DNA from: Amoebophrya sp. A120
Taxonomy: Eukaryota; Protista; Dinoflagellata
DNA: 64,000 nucleotides
Reading direction: 5' to 3'
NCBI GenBank assembly: GCA_905178155.1
Contig: CAJINV010000001.1
Coordinates: forward strand, 15,252,142 to 15,316,141
The notes under the pieces are model-generated. The model searched no databases. It saw nothing but the letters and a program-made list of their open reading frames with translations, and had not been told where the DNA came from. This document shows positions 35,658-47,760 of the stretch, in pieces; within the stretch, counting starts at the first letter, position 1; each line of letters opens with the position of its first letter. The position numbers were made by a program, and so were the translations under genes.

Positions 35658-36438
35658 TGAGACTAGCTACGTTTTACGTTTGCATCTTGCGAAAAGCCGC
35701 CAACTTTATTTTGACCGTGCAAAAAGTTGATTGTGATTCCCAATGCCATGTGCAATTTATTGGGCAAGTACCGTTTTCCCCGCCTAGTTCCTTGCAGTCA
35801 TACTAAAAGTAATCTAGCAAAAATCAGGATGCAGATCGGTGATGTTGACGCAATTTTTTGTGATCGAAAAAACGAAGAGCTGGCTGTTGAGAGAATCCAT
35901 GATTCAGAGAGAGACAATTCTTGACGCATTATTTCGGATCTGCATAAATCAAGCAGTCGGTGTGAGTTTTTCGAGTGTATGATCGGCAGAAATGTGAGAG
36001 TAGAAAAACATCCCGTGAGCGAGGCAAAAGTGAACTAAAGAACCATGGACGAGGGAACACCAAATGAAGGAGGTCTTTTCATGGAAGTTTTTTGCGCATT
36101 CGAATTCGGAGCGAGCTGCACATTTTTTTCCAGAGAGTTGGAGTGGACCCCGCCCGACTAGAGAAGTATATTGATTCTACCCTTAAATCATACCACCATT
36201 CTGCGAGTCCTAAACCATTTTGACCTTCGTAACCTCATCAAGTGTGAAGAGGAAGGTTTCATTCAACAACACTACCGTGCTCAACCATACAAGCCATACC
36301 AAACAAATTCCCGAAAAAATCATTTTTTCAACCTCCCACCCCGACCTTCTAGATTGTTTTAGCACTTTAAATTTGTGAGTTCACAAATTTCTCGTATTTT
36401 TCAGCCTACCCAGTCGTCCGCGACACCTCGCCAAGAAA

Positions 36439-37890
36439 ATGTTGGCTCGTAACTTTGCCAGACGGCTCGCGCCGAGCTTCCGCGGCGCCGCGGCTAGCAG
36501 TACTGGCGTACGGGCATTTTCCACCCAGATGCAGGAGTTCAAGGTCTACAGATACGACCCGGAATCGGGAAACAAGCCAGAAATGAAGAGCTACTCCATC
36601 GACCTGAATACTTGCGGTACAATTTGATTTTCAGGATTTTGCTTTTGGATAGGTATGCTGGAGGGAGGTACGCCGCAAGCAACTGCAAGTAAGTATATGA
36701 GTTACGCTAAGAACGCGGTGCCCGTGATGAATCGAGGACAAGACTCATTGCAACAAGCATTTTAGCACACAAAAACTACAACAGGACCCATGATTCTGGA
36801 TGCCGTGTTGAAGATCAAGAACGAGGTGGACTCAACCCTGGCTCTCCGAAGATCGTGCCGCGAGGGTATCTGCGGGTCCTGCGCCATGAACATCAATGGT
36901 ATAGTGTTTCGTTGAAATACCCACGACAGCTCCTTGGTGCCATGCGAATGAATGTTAAAACTTGTGCAGTGTGTTTTCGTGGTTAAAAGAAGTCACTGGG
37001 TGAAAATAAAGTGATTGGATTTCCATTGTTCCAAACAGGTAAGAACGGTTTGGCGTGCCTGGAGTACATTGAGCCAGGAACCAAGGCGATCGAGATCCAG
37101 CCATTGCCACACACGTGAGGAGCTTTGATTTGATTTGTTTTTCTTCATGCGGACTCACATTCATTTTCATTCATCAGCTAATCAACGTGACTTATTTTCA
37201 TTGGCAAAGCGAAAAGTCTTTGCTATAGCTCCCCTCGCGAACACCTAACTACAGGTACGTGCTGAAGGATCTGGTGCCCGATCTCACCAACTTCTACTCG
37301 CAGTACAAGTCTATCGAGCCGTGGCTGAAGCGAAAGGACCCGAAGCCCACCGGCCCCAACGGGGAGGAAGTAGAATACGCTCAGAGCCCGGAGGAGCGTG
37401 CCTTGTTGGACGGGTTGTACGAATGCATTCTGTGCGCGTGCTGCTCTACCAGTTGCCCGAGCTACTGGTATGGTTATTTACTATTTGGCGTTTTGAGTTT
37501 GTTGACGACTGTATGTAATGAGCACGATAAGCATCACAATGCTCACACATAATCTTTTTCGTGTAATAAAAATCGTTCATTTCCAACAGGTGGAACCCGG
37601 AGTACTACTACGGCCCGGCGGTGCTGCAGCAGGCCTACCGATGGGTGGTTGACTCCCGCGACCAGTACACGGAGGAGCGGTTGGCGTTCCTGAACGACAC
37701 CATGCGCCTGTACCGGTGCCACGGCATCATGAACTGCACCTCCTGCTGCCCCAAGGGGCTGGACCCGGCGAAGAGCATCGTGCAGCTGAAGAAGTTCGTG
37801 GAGGAGCAGTACAACCCGGAGTGGGAAAACAAGGTTGCCGAGGAGATGAAGAAGAACGTCGATCGTGCCGGCGGTTTGAGTTATGCGTAA
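36439..37890 (+). CDS. SDHB: Succinate dehydrogenase iron-sulfur subunit (mitochondrial)
   Basis: Exons 36439-36616, 36785-36898, 37039-37114, 37255-37467, 37590-37890, all GT-AG. Motifs [55 protein letters not shown]. Arg-rich transit peptide. Confidence 0.98.
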
Positions 37891-40072
37891 ACGACTGCGG
37901 AGTCCGGCCGGTTGCTTTGTTTATGATCTCCTTTGCAACGGGTCGGGCTCTGGGACAGATTGTACGGCACTCTGAATACTCAAACCTAGTAGCTACTCGA
38001 TGACGTTTAAAACAATAGTCTTCTAAATCCTTTTTCTTGAAAAGAGCGACAGTAAAAAGGCGAGTCGTATCACAAAGGTTCCCTGGCTGGAATCGCTGGC
38101 GACTCGTTGAGAAAAGAACGGCACATAAGCGACAGAATCTATCGGCAGAATATCTACGCGACGACTTTGTTTCGATATTATGACATTTCAGCAGCAGCAG
38201 TTTAGTACTTCCAAAAGATGGTACATAATGTTTCGATATTAGACGAAAGCAATGGTGGTTCCGACCAAGCGGGTTGGACACCAGAGATAGTTGTACAACT
38301 TGTAAAAATATACCTACGGCAGGCACATCATTTCAGACACAGCAGAAGAAGCAAGTAAGTAGAGTATTCATCGGAAGGACATGGAATACCCTCTATTGAC
38401 ACGACATACTAACTTATACCTCCTCTAACAACTACTATACAATACGGTTGATGCACAGAAGGTGAAAAGCACTTCTGCAAAGAACGACACCTATCCCCGG
38501 ATGAACTAGTACCACGCCGATCCGCACGAAGCTTCACCAGGCGACGCGCGCGACCGGTAGAGAATTTTTTTTGATCTTTGAAACTTCATTTTTCCGTACC
38601 GCAACATGCTTATTGGGTGAACTTGTAAGCACGGTTTAGAAAGAATGCCCTGTACTTTTAGTGGTCTGAACTACTGCGCTTACAACATTTTTGGAAAGAT
38701 GCACAGCATTCTGCCGGTGCCTCAAACATTCTTGCTCTGGCGCTGCTAGCAGTGTGTGTGTATGATTCATTCGTGAAAGCTACAGCTGTAAGAAAGACCA
38801 CGTACAAACGACTACAATTTTTATCAAACGAACTGAGACTGACTGTTGGGGATAGTTTGCGACCGCGTGATCTCTTCATCAGGAGTGCTCGCTCTGGTGA
38901 TGTTGTTGACTTTTTGCACAACTTAAATGCAAAGCGTAGTCAGCTACAGATCACAATTCTAACCAACGCCCGTCCTGAATTTTCCCCATCATAAAGTTGC
39001 AGACATAAGGGCAACCCAAGGCAAAGTAGTAAAACTCTAGCGTGCAGTACTTCTATTAAGGTCCGCTATAGAGTCATAAAAACACATCCGAACAAAAGTT
39101 GATAACTTTGTTTGAGATAAATCGCGTAAACTTGGAAAAAGGAGGTATGCAGTAGCAGCGGTAGCGTCGTGGGTGTAGCTATGATACAATGCGCTTCGTT
39201 CGAAACGGGTCGAGATTCGAAAATCTTGGCGTGCGTACAGCGAATTGGTCAGCAGCTCCCCCACGTCGCGACGAAACCTAAAGATGACTTTTCAAAAGAG
39301 TAAAAAATGTTATGTGCAGACAGAATCTTCAGAATTCCCGAATCTTCTAGCATCAGCTACATTTTCCGCTACTCGTCTGACAGGGTCGTTGTTACTCGCA
39401 CGACAACTACTACGAAAAAAGCTTACAACACAGCGACGAGTTGAACTAACAGAAACCAGTAGACTCGAACCGTGAAAAGAGTCCGAGCGCTTGAAAATGC
39501 AAGAAAAAACGCGGAAGTCGAAGATGGTTGTGAAGTTTTGAAGAAGAATATCAAAGCGATTGTTGTCATGCGTGGTTGCATGATCACGAGACGGAGTCTC
39601 ATCGTGAATCAATGGTTGTGTTGTTCTCAATCAATTTGTCAGCTTGCAGATGAGGTTCACTACGCGTCAAGTTCTTCCTGGCTTTGCGTTTCGTTTTTCA
39701 TTTTGACTTTGACAACGATATCACCAGCCTTTCAGATCTAAAATGTCTCAAGGAGAGCTTCCTTTTTGGATCATCATACGTAGTATGAAAGACCAAGAAG
39801 GTCTAACTGACCAGCAGTACTAAACCATGCCGGTCTATAAACAGCATACTATATTATAGAAGTTAGCCTCGTCGCAACAAAAACTAGTCGCTAAAATTTT
39901 TTTGAAGTACTCAACAGGCTGTTCTGCAACGCAGAAAGTGAAATAAGTGATTATCGCACTCTACTTCAACACATCATTGTCAGTGACTCAACCAAAAATC
40001 TTGTTTTTTGCCTTGTCCCTACTTCTCAGTCAGACAGCACCAGTAGCAAAGAAAACGATTCCACTTTCCATC

Positions 40073-40765
40073 ATGGCCTCGTCTTCCTCCTCTAGCAGAG
40101 CAATCCCGGCGCCCATCGCCCTTCCCCCACCCGCGCAGCCACTACAAGCTGCGATACCGCTCGGCCCGCCTTCTGGACCGACCGCAAGTAGTTCTTCCTC
40201 CCCGACGGCACGAGTAAAAATTGCAGCGCCAGGGCACGACGTTGCCGCATCAAAGAGCAGTCCCGCGACGACTTTCAACCCAGAGGAAGAGGAATTGGTC
40301 CTGTTCGAGCTGCCTGAGTTCGCCGAGACGGAATTTCGCTGTAGCGATCTGAAGCTCGAAAAGGAAGTTTTGCACCTCGACGGCGGGCGGATGCAACTTG
40401 ACGTGCAGGAGCAGGTCGTGCCAACCTCCCTGATGTGCTTCGTTACCGAGAACTTTGACTTTTCGCAGCGCCCAGACAAACAATACTCCAACGTTTTGAC
40501 CAGGTACGGGACCCACAACCTGTGGGCGCGGGCGGAGCAAAGTCAAGTCGCAACCGGCGGACCTCCAGGAGATGGGGAGCAAGCGAAGACGTCCGCGTCT
40601 CTTGTCGAGCATGAGTTGCATCCGGGCGGAGTTGGTGGCGCAGCAACTGCACCGGCCTACAAGGCTCCGCCAAAGACAACCTATCTCGGTACCGTAAACC
40701 GAGTGCTGTGTGCTAGAACGATGCGCTACAATGCTGAAAAGGATTTAAAGAAGATGTTATTCTGA
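40073..40765 (+). CDS. Possible TFIIIC subunit 6 (GTF3C6-like) protein
   Basis: Single ORF. EEEELVLFELPEF…TSLMCF and the terminal YLGTVNRVLCARTM resemble the TFIIIC_sub6 triple-barrel family (weak, by eye). Confidence 0.45.
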   Translation: MASSSSSSRAIPAPIALPPPAQPLQAAIPLGPPSGPTASSSSSPTARVKIAAPGHDVAASKSSPATTFNPEEEELVLFELPEFAETEFRCSDLKLEKEVLHLDGGRMQLDVQEQVVPTSLMCFVTENFDFSQRPDKQYSNVLTRYGTHNLWARAEQSQVATGGPPGDGEQAKTSASLVEHELHPGGVGGAATAPAYKAPPKTTYLGTVNRVLCARTMRYNAEKDLKKMLF

Positions 40766-41232
40766 AGAAAGAGTTTTGGTTTAGAAGGATAACGACGCTC
40801 GTTCGTCATGATCTCACAAGCGACAAAAAGAAGGAGTTACAAACGAGATGTCACTCCTTCTGGTGGGTGTACCTTTTCCAACTACAACAAGAAGGAAGTT
40901 GGCATTTGCTGTTCGACGCACTTCTTGAATGCACGACTGTACTATTCGTGGTTTGCTCATTGAGGGCCTTGTCTGTAATCAGTATTCTTCTTTCTTGGAT
41001 GTCGCTGACTCCCACTTTCGAGTCGCCGCAACTTCGATGGTCATCATGTGTTTACAGTGTTTTTCTTTCAGTAAGTACTTTTGCCACTAGTTGCCTTTGG
41101 CGAAAGCGTCTCGGTGGAGAGAACTGCTGTACTGTGTAGAAATAACCTACATCAAGTAGAAGTTCTCGCCTGCACGACTTCTGCGTCTTCTTGTGCAACC
41201 GTTACGAGGACCTTCCGAAGAGTCCAAAAAGA

Positions 41233-43269
41233 ATGCCCGAAGCTGCGAGTTTGCGTTTATCTTTCTCAGCCGAGGAGCGCGACGTGCTTGCGGAATTCCG
41301 AGCTCGCGTGGACGCTGCGCGGAAGCGGGGAAGTACCACTGCGGCGGCTGGTGAGAGTTCTGGCCGCGCGCCGCCCCGGAAAACGCACGAGAACATCCAG
41401 TCAGTCGAGAACATCCAGTCACTCACAGTACGGAGCAAGCCGCTGTTTGCTACGAATTCTACTGTGTCTTCATCCTCCTCCTCAGCGGGCCCGCATCTCA
41501 AAAAGACGAGCCAGACCAACCGAAAATCACAAGAGCACAGAGCGACAGACGCGCTGGAGAGTGTTTTTTCCGAAGAACCGCGCGGGCTGTACAACAGTTA
41601 TCTGCGTGAGAGTGTGGCCGCCATCCGCCGCGCCTCCAGTTCGTTTTCATCCACAGCAGGTGCAGGTTTTCTGTCTGGCGTCGATCACCAGATCGCGCAC
41701 ATTCATCCGGATGAAAGAGATTTTGGCGAAGAAGCGCCGAAATCCAATCGCAAGCTGAGCACAAGACCCACGACGCACGACAACAAGGTCTTTTCTACTA
41801 AAGGCTCGACGAAACAGTTTGCGGATGCCGGCACGCAATGCAGCCGGAATCCGAACGAGGATGACACCGCCACCGCACGCCGGTTCGTTTCGGGCACCGG
41901 CGACTTGATGTCTAATCCGCTTGACACGGCCATTTCCTTCGTTCAAGAAGAGCTAGACGAGCTGGAAGACGCTGCGTACGCAACGCTGCCATTTGGAGGT
42001 GGCGATGTGGCGGGACTGCAGAACAACCATTACTTGGAAGGTTTCTATAGGCAGGAACGAGATCATTTCCGCCGTGCAGATGAAGGATTTGCCGATGGAC
42101 CTCTCTACAACAACGATTTGGTCCACGATGGGTTTTTCGAATGCGAACCCTACATACAGATGAATTCCGCAAGCTCGTCGTCCTCCTCCCGTCGACATCA
42201 AATGCGTTTTGAGCCGCCACACCGGGTTCGCGTACCGCCAGGTAGCCAGGGAAAAAGACCGTTTTCAGCGCAGCACGTTGTGCCTTTCAGTAGAAAAATC
42301 AGGGACCGGAACGGGGGGAATTTTCAGGTAAATCACAATCAGGGTCACTCGCACTACGACGACTTCGACGCAGCGAGAGGGAGAGGCTTGCGGTCGCGCG
42401 CGGCACAGCCCCGACCCGCCTCAGCAGGTGTTGGCTGGGTTCCTCGCCACGATTTTTGGAACGCTACGTCGGGCACTTCACAGGGCCAGGGAGGTCGAAG
42501 GAGTTCCAATGTGCCGAGTTGTAGATCTTCTCCTTCCTCTGGGTACGGAGCTCCGTCGAAGTGGGACAGGCTTTGCTACCCGCCAAATCGACACATCAAA
42601 GCTCGCGGCCCAATGGGAGGACAGAAATCGCGAAAGTCCCGATTTTCGCCCCCGAAACGGCGATTAATATCGCCTGCGAACAGCAGTCGAAAGACAAGTG
42701 GAGGCACGGTTGCTCACTACAATGTTGCGCGAACGAGTACTAGACCACCGCAGTTTCGTCCAAGAAAGTCATTGAGTCCGCACAGGAGACGAGCAGGCCC
42801 ACCCGTACAAACATACGCCCGATCGAAGAGTGAGGCGCAGTTGTTCGCACGAAGAGCGGACCCGCGTTCTTTGCCAGGGCAGCAGCGCCGCTTCCTTTCG
42901 CAGGTGGACACAGTGCACCAGCTACCATTCGGCGCACGAGTTCACGATCAGTACGCCCACCCGCTTCCCTCGGACTTCGCGTCTTTACTTCGAAGGGTGT
43001 CCGCCTCTCCAAATAACCGATACCAGGGGCGATCGCTCGGACCAGCTACGTCTCTGAGGCAGAAGGCGTATTCTGTGGGAGAGCTCTACCGCCGTCCACC
43101 GGCGGTCGGGACGGCGCACCCCTCTGAGAGGAGCCTGGGGCACCGACCTGCCGCCACGGGAAGTGTGCAGCACAGAGAGGAGTACTTTCTACAGGACGCA
43201 TTGAGTCGCGACATGATGCACGAAGCTGCCTTGTCGGATTTAATTGAACGGTCGTATCACGTTCACTGA
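41233..43269 (+). CDS. Hypothetical Ser/Arg-rich disordered protein
   Basis: Long uninterrupted ORF (about 680 aa from ATG 41233), low complexity, no domain recognised. Confidence 0.7.
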   Translation: MPEAASLRLSFSAEERDVLAEFRARVDAARKRGSTTAAAGESSGRAPPRKTHENIQSVENIQSLTVRSKPLFATNSTVSSSSSSAGPHLKKTSQTNRKSQEHRATDALESVFSEEPRGLYNSYLRESVAAIRRASSSFSSTAGAGFLSGVDHQIAHIHPDERDFGEEAPKSNRKLSTRPTTHDNKVFSTKGSTKQFADAGTQCSRNPNEDDTATARRFVSGTGDLMSNPLDTAISFVQEELDELEDAAYATLPFGGGDVAGLQNNHYLEGFYRQERDHFRRADEGFADGPLYNNDLVHDGFFECEPYIQMNSASSSSSSRRHQMRFEPPHRVRVPPGSQGKRPFSAQHVVPFSRKIRDRNGGNFQVNHNQGHSHYDDFDAARGRGLRSRAAQPRPASAGVGWVPRHDFWNATSGTSQGQGGRRSSNVPSCRSSPSSGYGAPSKWDRLCYPPNRHIKARGPMGGQKSRKSRFSPPKRRLISPANSSRKTSGGTVAHYNVARTSTRPPQFRPRKSLSPHRRRAGPPVQTYARSKSEAQLFARRADPRSLPGQQRRFLSQVDTVHQLPFGARVHDQYAHPLPSDFASLLRRVSASPNNRYQGRSLGPATSLRQKAYSVGELYRRPPAVGTAHPSERSLGHRPAATGSVQHREEYFLQDALSRDMMHEAALSDLIERSYHVH

Positions 43270-43600
43270 ATCACCGGCGACGCCGCAGTTTATTACATGA
43301 CGACATTTGTTGTACGCTGTAAATTCGTTTTTCGGGTCAAGTAAAGTCTCTTGTGTTCCATGCACTGCAGGAATTTTCTCTTTGCGTGCATTCCTGCTGA
43401 ATTTCTTTGGATCTGGACCGACTATCGTTTCTGCAATTGGAACACCACGTGGACGAAATTTTGTCGATCCATTGTCGACCCGTTTAAGGTTTTGTACAGG
43501 TTCCATGCGCATTTCAGATTGCGCCAGCCCTCCTAGGCAAGTGATTTTGGTATAGCAAAGAGAAAGACACTTCTGTAGCCTCTTGATCAAGAATGTGAAG

Positions 43601-46600
43601 ATGATCAAGTGCAGCAGAGTGGGTGCTTGCAGAAGTAGCGCGTCTAGCGCTGCTTCCGGGAAGTGGGCGGCTCCCGCCGCCCAAGGCGCAACGCCACCGC
43701 GACGAGAGGACACTTCGTCCCCAGCCCTGACAAGCAACTTGCTACTGCAGGTCTGGAAGAGTGCGAAGAAGCGCAATGTGCAGCCGTATGAGATTCCGGC
43801 ACTGCTCGCGAAGGCCGTGCGGAACAAGGATGCGAGGACCAATGTGCAGTTCTGGCGAGAAGGATTCGAGTACATTCAGCACTTGGAAAATCTACGAATC
43901 GCGGACATTGCCTCCATCGTGGTGACCGTCATGAAAGTCGACCATGCCGGAAAAGAGGCACTTCTGAAGCACTTTTTGGGACAAATCACTCAGCAGATGA
44001 ATAATGGGGATACAACTGGCGCCACCGCCACCATTGATGTACAGCGGGCAAGCGCGAAGGACCTTGCGAACTTGTGCGTGGGGTTTGCGGCAGCAAAAGA
44101 TCGGCACACCGCGAAGCGCTTCCTGCAGGAAGTTGCCGTGCCTTTGCTAGAGGGAGTGTCTCAAGAGCAGCATCAACAGCATGATCGTGTGGGCGAAAGG
44201 AGCTTTACCACGCAGGGTAGCCATTCCTCTCTGGAGGACGACAATGGCGTTGATGATTGCATGGCGCGGTTCCGGAGTGCGGGAGCAGGATCATCGGGCC
44301 ACAGGCCAAGCACGTCATCAGAGGCCGCGCCGCTGTCAGAACTCGCTTTTGGAATGGATGCGAATGTCACGTCCCGGATGTTGAATGCGTTTGGCAAGGT
44401 TTTGGGCTCTGCGACGCCCGTTCCTGTGGTGGAGTTACTCGCACGGTCCGCGAAGGATTGGGTTTCAGAAATGTACACACGCGAACTGGTAAATGTAGCG
44501 CTCTCAGTTGCGAAGGTAGCACCCGTGGAAGTTGTAGGGGGAAGCAAGGCATTTGGTAGAACAAGACCAACTGCAACTGCTCCAGGGAAAGATAATCGAA
44601 GCTGTTTGACTGTGTGCCGAGCCCTGATGAAGCAGATCCGGGACAGAATCGTGTCGGCGAACCTGTTGCCAACTTTCAACGCGCAGGATTATGCCAACTT
44701 CGTAGCAGCATTCGCCAATTTTAGCACCAATTGCGCCTCTGAAAAGTTGTCAGTTGAGGAGGGTCAAGCCCCTGCAACTAATCGCGATCTCGCCACCGGA
44801 AGCATCTCATATGATTTTCGCGAGGACGACGCCTTTCACTGTGCGCTCGCTTCGAGTGTGACAAAACGTTTGAAGAAGCTCGACGACGCTCAGCCGCAGC
44901 ATGTCGCGAGTTTGCTCTGGAGCTTTGGCAAAAAGCTCGGGAAATTCGATTTGGTTGCATCGCTAGTGGACGCCGAGCTCCCGGTCAAGATTGAACCAAT
45001 TATGCCAAACCGAGGCGATAAAGAAAACGAGCGCCATCCTGCAGATCTCGATCTCTTCCGATTCTCCAAGCCCCAAGAACTCGCGAACACTTTCACTGTT
45101 CTCTCCGTCGAAAGGCCGAAGTTTGCGCGCACCGTTCTGTTGCCGCAGGTCAGGAAGCTAGTGGAGAGCGATTCTGCGAAGCTGAAAGGGGTGGATGCCA
45201 TTCCGTTGCTGGAAGGATACGCCCGGCTTGAGGACACTAGTACAGAAATACAGTCGGGCCGGTCCGATACGGCCGGGGAGCAGGCAGAAAAGCGGTTCTG
45301 TTCGGCCTTGGGGCAACGCTGCTTGAAGTTGCGCGAACAAAATGCCTTGGACAGCGCACAGACGGTGTTCATTTTTCACGCATTTTGCAAGTTGCAGTGG
45401 GTTCTAACCGAACCTGATTTACTACTGCGCCTGCTCCCGGACATGCACGTAGCAACAAGTGGGACACCCTCTGCTGCTGCGCTGGATGCGAACTCACTCT
45501 CTTTAGTTCTGAACGGCATCACACACCACCTCAACCTCCACCACGGTTCATTGCCGACCGCAGTACCATCGCAAAGTTCAACTCAAGACACAGTCGAACA
45601 GAGAGTTTCAATGAAGCTGCGCGCCGTTTGCAGGAATATCCTGAGCTACTTTTCCACGGGGAATTGTGAAGTTTTGGAAAACTCTCACCGCAACAAGCCT
45701 TCTAAGGCAATTGCTCCCATTGGCACAGCGCTCGACTTTGAAGGTTTTCTGAAGCTTTTCTATCAGGGAAACGCGAATGTAGACCGTAGCACAACCAATC
45801 TTCTGCAAAGCCTTGCCTTTCTTGCGCAGAATCCGGCTTCGGGTCCCTCAGCGACCTCAGCTCAGCAAAATACCGACCTCCTGCGCCACTTGGGGCAGGT
45901 TGTGTTGCAGGACAGCCACAACTTTTCCAACTCAACATTGGTGCAGTCGATTTACGCCGCGACGCAGCTCTCCGATCAGTTGCCACCCGGACTAAGCAAC
46001 CGTTTGCTCGAAAAGCTGTCCGTTCAGCTTGGTTGCACCGCAAATCTCCGTGCCTCCGACTGCGTGGCTGCGGCAAACACTTTGGCCCTGGCAAATCATG
46101 TCGACGAGGCGTTGCTGGACCGCCTGGCGAGGCGGTTGCTCGAGACTTTCCTGGCAGCAGTTCATTCGAGCGAAACTCATCGTGGTACGGCTGTCGACCC
46201 CACGCACAACACGAAGGCGGCCGCACCGGGAGGAAAAGGCGCTCACAACGCTTCAGAGGATTCTGCCACGGCTACAAAGAAGTTCGCTTGGCAGTTCTTG
46301 ACGAGCTGTGCGAGACTGGGTTTTCACTCAGCCGACGTAGCCTTAGTCGCGGAGCAAGTCGCGGAGCACCACCTGGATTTTAGGTTTGCGGCGCCAGGAG
46401 AAGTCGCGAGTATATTGTCCAGTTTGGCTCGCTTGGACTCCACCTACACTGCCGTGCGGACCTGGGATTTGCGACCTGTCATCGCAGAAAGCGCTGTTTG
46501 CCACAACCGCTACTCCGAGCTCCTGTTTTTCGGCTACATGTTTCACCTCTGGCGGGCCGAACGCGGAAATAACTTCATCAACGCGGGGAATACAACCGGG

Positions 46601-47101
46601 GAGAGTTCGATCTTTCAAACTGCCTACCGCAATTTCACCTCATTCGTAGAACTGCTGGTCGCGCGAACGGGTACCAAGGAATCGACGAACGCGACAAGAA
46701 GTGCTGGCAGTACAAGAACAGCAGGTCTGCCGCTGCCCACTTCTACCACACGGGAGGACGCTTCGCAGGTTCTTACTGGTCTGCTGATCTTTCCACAGAT
46801 CTTCACTCGGTCCTTTACCATCTTCGCACCAGCGGAGCAGCCGACCGCTACATCTTGGGCAGCACACTGTGGGCTATCCGTGTTGAAGAAGTGCTTTCGT
46901 TTGACAGAGAATCTAGCCCAACTGTGCACACAGGAGCCATCCTATTCGCAACGGGAAGGCGATTCCGAGGGCGATGTGATGGACACGCTGGTGTCGCTGC
47001 TGTCCCGTGCGAAACTTCATCAGTTGACGACGCAAGTGCCGGCAGGGCCGTACACAATCGATTTGTGCTTACCCGACAGTGCGGTGGCGGGAATGCGGTA
47101 G
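43601..47101 (+). CDS. Helical-repeat (HPR/OPR/FAST-like) organellar RNA-binding protein with a truncated RAP-like C-terminus
   Basis: About 1166-aa ORF. Repeats FNAQDYANFVAAFANF, AQPQHVASLLWSFGK, SKPQELANTF, MYTRELVNVALSVAKV and AAPGEVASILSSLARL. Ends QVPAGPYTIDLCLP. Basic, Ser-rich presequence. Confidence 0.7.
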   Translation: MIKCSRVGACRSSASSAASGKWAAPAAQGATPPRREDTSSPALTSNLLLQVWKSAKKRNVQPYEIPALLAKAVRNKDARTNVQFWREGFEYIQHLENLRIADIASIVVTVMKVDHAGKEALLKHFLGQITQQMNNGDTTGATATIDVQRASAKDLANLCVGFAAAKDRHTAKRFLQEVAVPLLEGVSQEQHQQHDRVGERSFTTQGSHSSLEDDNGVDDCMARFRSAGAGSSGHRPSTSSEAAPLSELAFGMDANVTSRMLNAFGKVLGSATPVPVVELLARSAKDWVSEMYTRELVNVALSVAKVAPVEVVGGSKAFGRTRPTATAPGKDNRSCLTVCRALMKQIRDRIVSANLLPTFNAQDYANFVAAFANFSTNCASEKLSVEEGQAPATNRDLATGSISYDFREDDAFHCALASSVTKRLKKLDDAQPQHVASLLWSFGKKLGKFDLVASLVDAELPVKIEPIMPNRGDKENERHPADLDLFRFSKPQELANTFTVLSVERPKFARTVLLPQVRKLVESDSAKLKGVDAIPLLEGYARLEDTSTEIQSGRSDTAGEQAEKRFCSALGQRCLKLREQNALDSAQTVFIFHAFCKLQWVLTEPDLLLRLLPDMHVATSGTPSAAALDANSLSLVLNGITHHLNLHHGSLPTAVPSQSSTQDTVEQRVSMKLRAVCRNILSYFSTGNCEVLENSHRNKPSKAIAPIGTALDFEGFLKLFYQGNANVDRSTTNLLQSLAFLAQNPASGPSATSAQQNTDLLRHLGQVVLQDSHNFSNSTLVQSIYAATQLSDQLPPGLSNRLLEKLSVQLGCTANLRASDCVAAANTLALANHVDEALLDRLARRLLETFLAAVHSSETHRGTAVDPTHNTKAAAPGGKGAHNASEDSATATKKFAWQFLTSCARLGFHSADVALVAEQVAEHHLDFRFAAPGEVASILSSLARLDSTYTAVRTWDLRPVIAESAVCHNRYSELLFFGYMFHLWRAERGNNFINAGNTTGESSIFQTAYRNFTSFVELLVARTGTKESTNATRSAGSTRTAGLPLPTSTTREDASQVLTGLLIFPQIFTRSFTIFAPAEQPTATSWAAHCGLSVLKKCFRLTENLAQLCTQEPSYSQREGDSEGDVMDTLVSLLSRAKLHQLTTQVPAGPYTIDLCLPDSAVAGMR

Positions 47102-47760
47102 GTCGTGAAGGGTGGACACGAGTTCGTGAAAAACCCAAATAGAAATCTAATGACTCACAACAGATCATGGGGAATTCGAGATGGAGATGAACTGTAGAAG
47201 GAAACTGCAGGAGATTGTTGCATTAAATTTGTTTCACACCTAATGATCAGTGAGAATGGCGAATTTCAAAGCATTAATGAATAAACGAAGCTTGTTGGTT
47301 TTGCGAGCACGCCGTCATGTTAGCTGATCTAATTAGTCAGGGCGGGCGGAGCATGATCGCATGAGAAAGAACAAGAACCTGTTTTCTCCGTACACGTGGG
47401 AGGTGTCGATGTTGTGTGGGTTAAGATAGTTGAGTTGCGAAATTTCGAGAGTCGCAAAAGTGCCGGACTTGGAGTGACTCGGGGTATTGGGGGCTGAGTG
47501 CAGAAGTACGCACTGCTGTAGCTGCCAGGGGGCGGTGATAAGAACAAGAAGCAGCATGTGCGGCTGCGCAATTACTTTTCTCGAATCCAGATTTCTTGTG
47601 AACATGAATTCAAACTAGAAGTGAGAAAAAAAACACACAAAGAAAAGCTCACAAATTGAAAACTGCGTAACGGGCGGCTAGACAGATAGGAGCAAACAAG
47701 GCTCCGTCCTCGTGCTCCGTCCTCGTTTCTCAACCGTTTGGAGCAACACCATCGAGCACG

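Noticed and set aside
38000-39900. 2-kb gap with short ORFs, considered as a degenerate transposase gene
   Set aside because: No DDE, RT or recombinase motifs and no terminal repeats recognised. No autonomous element for the introners is visible in this window.
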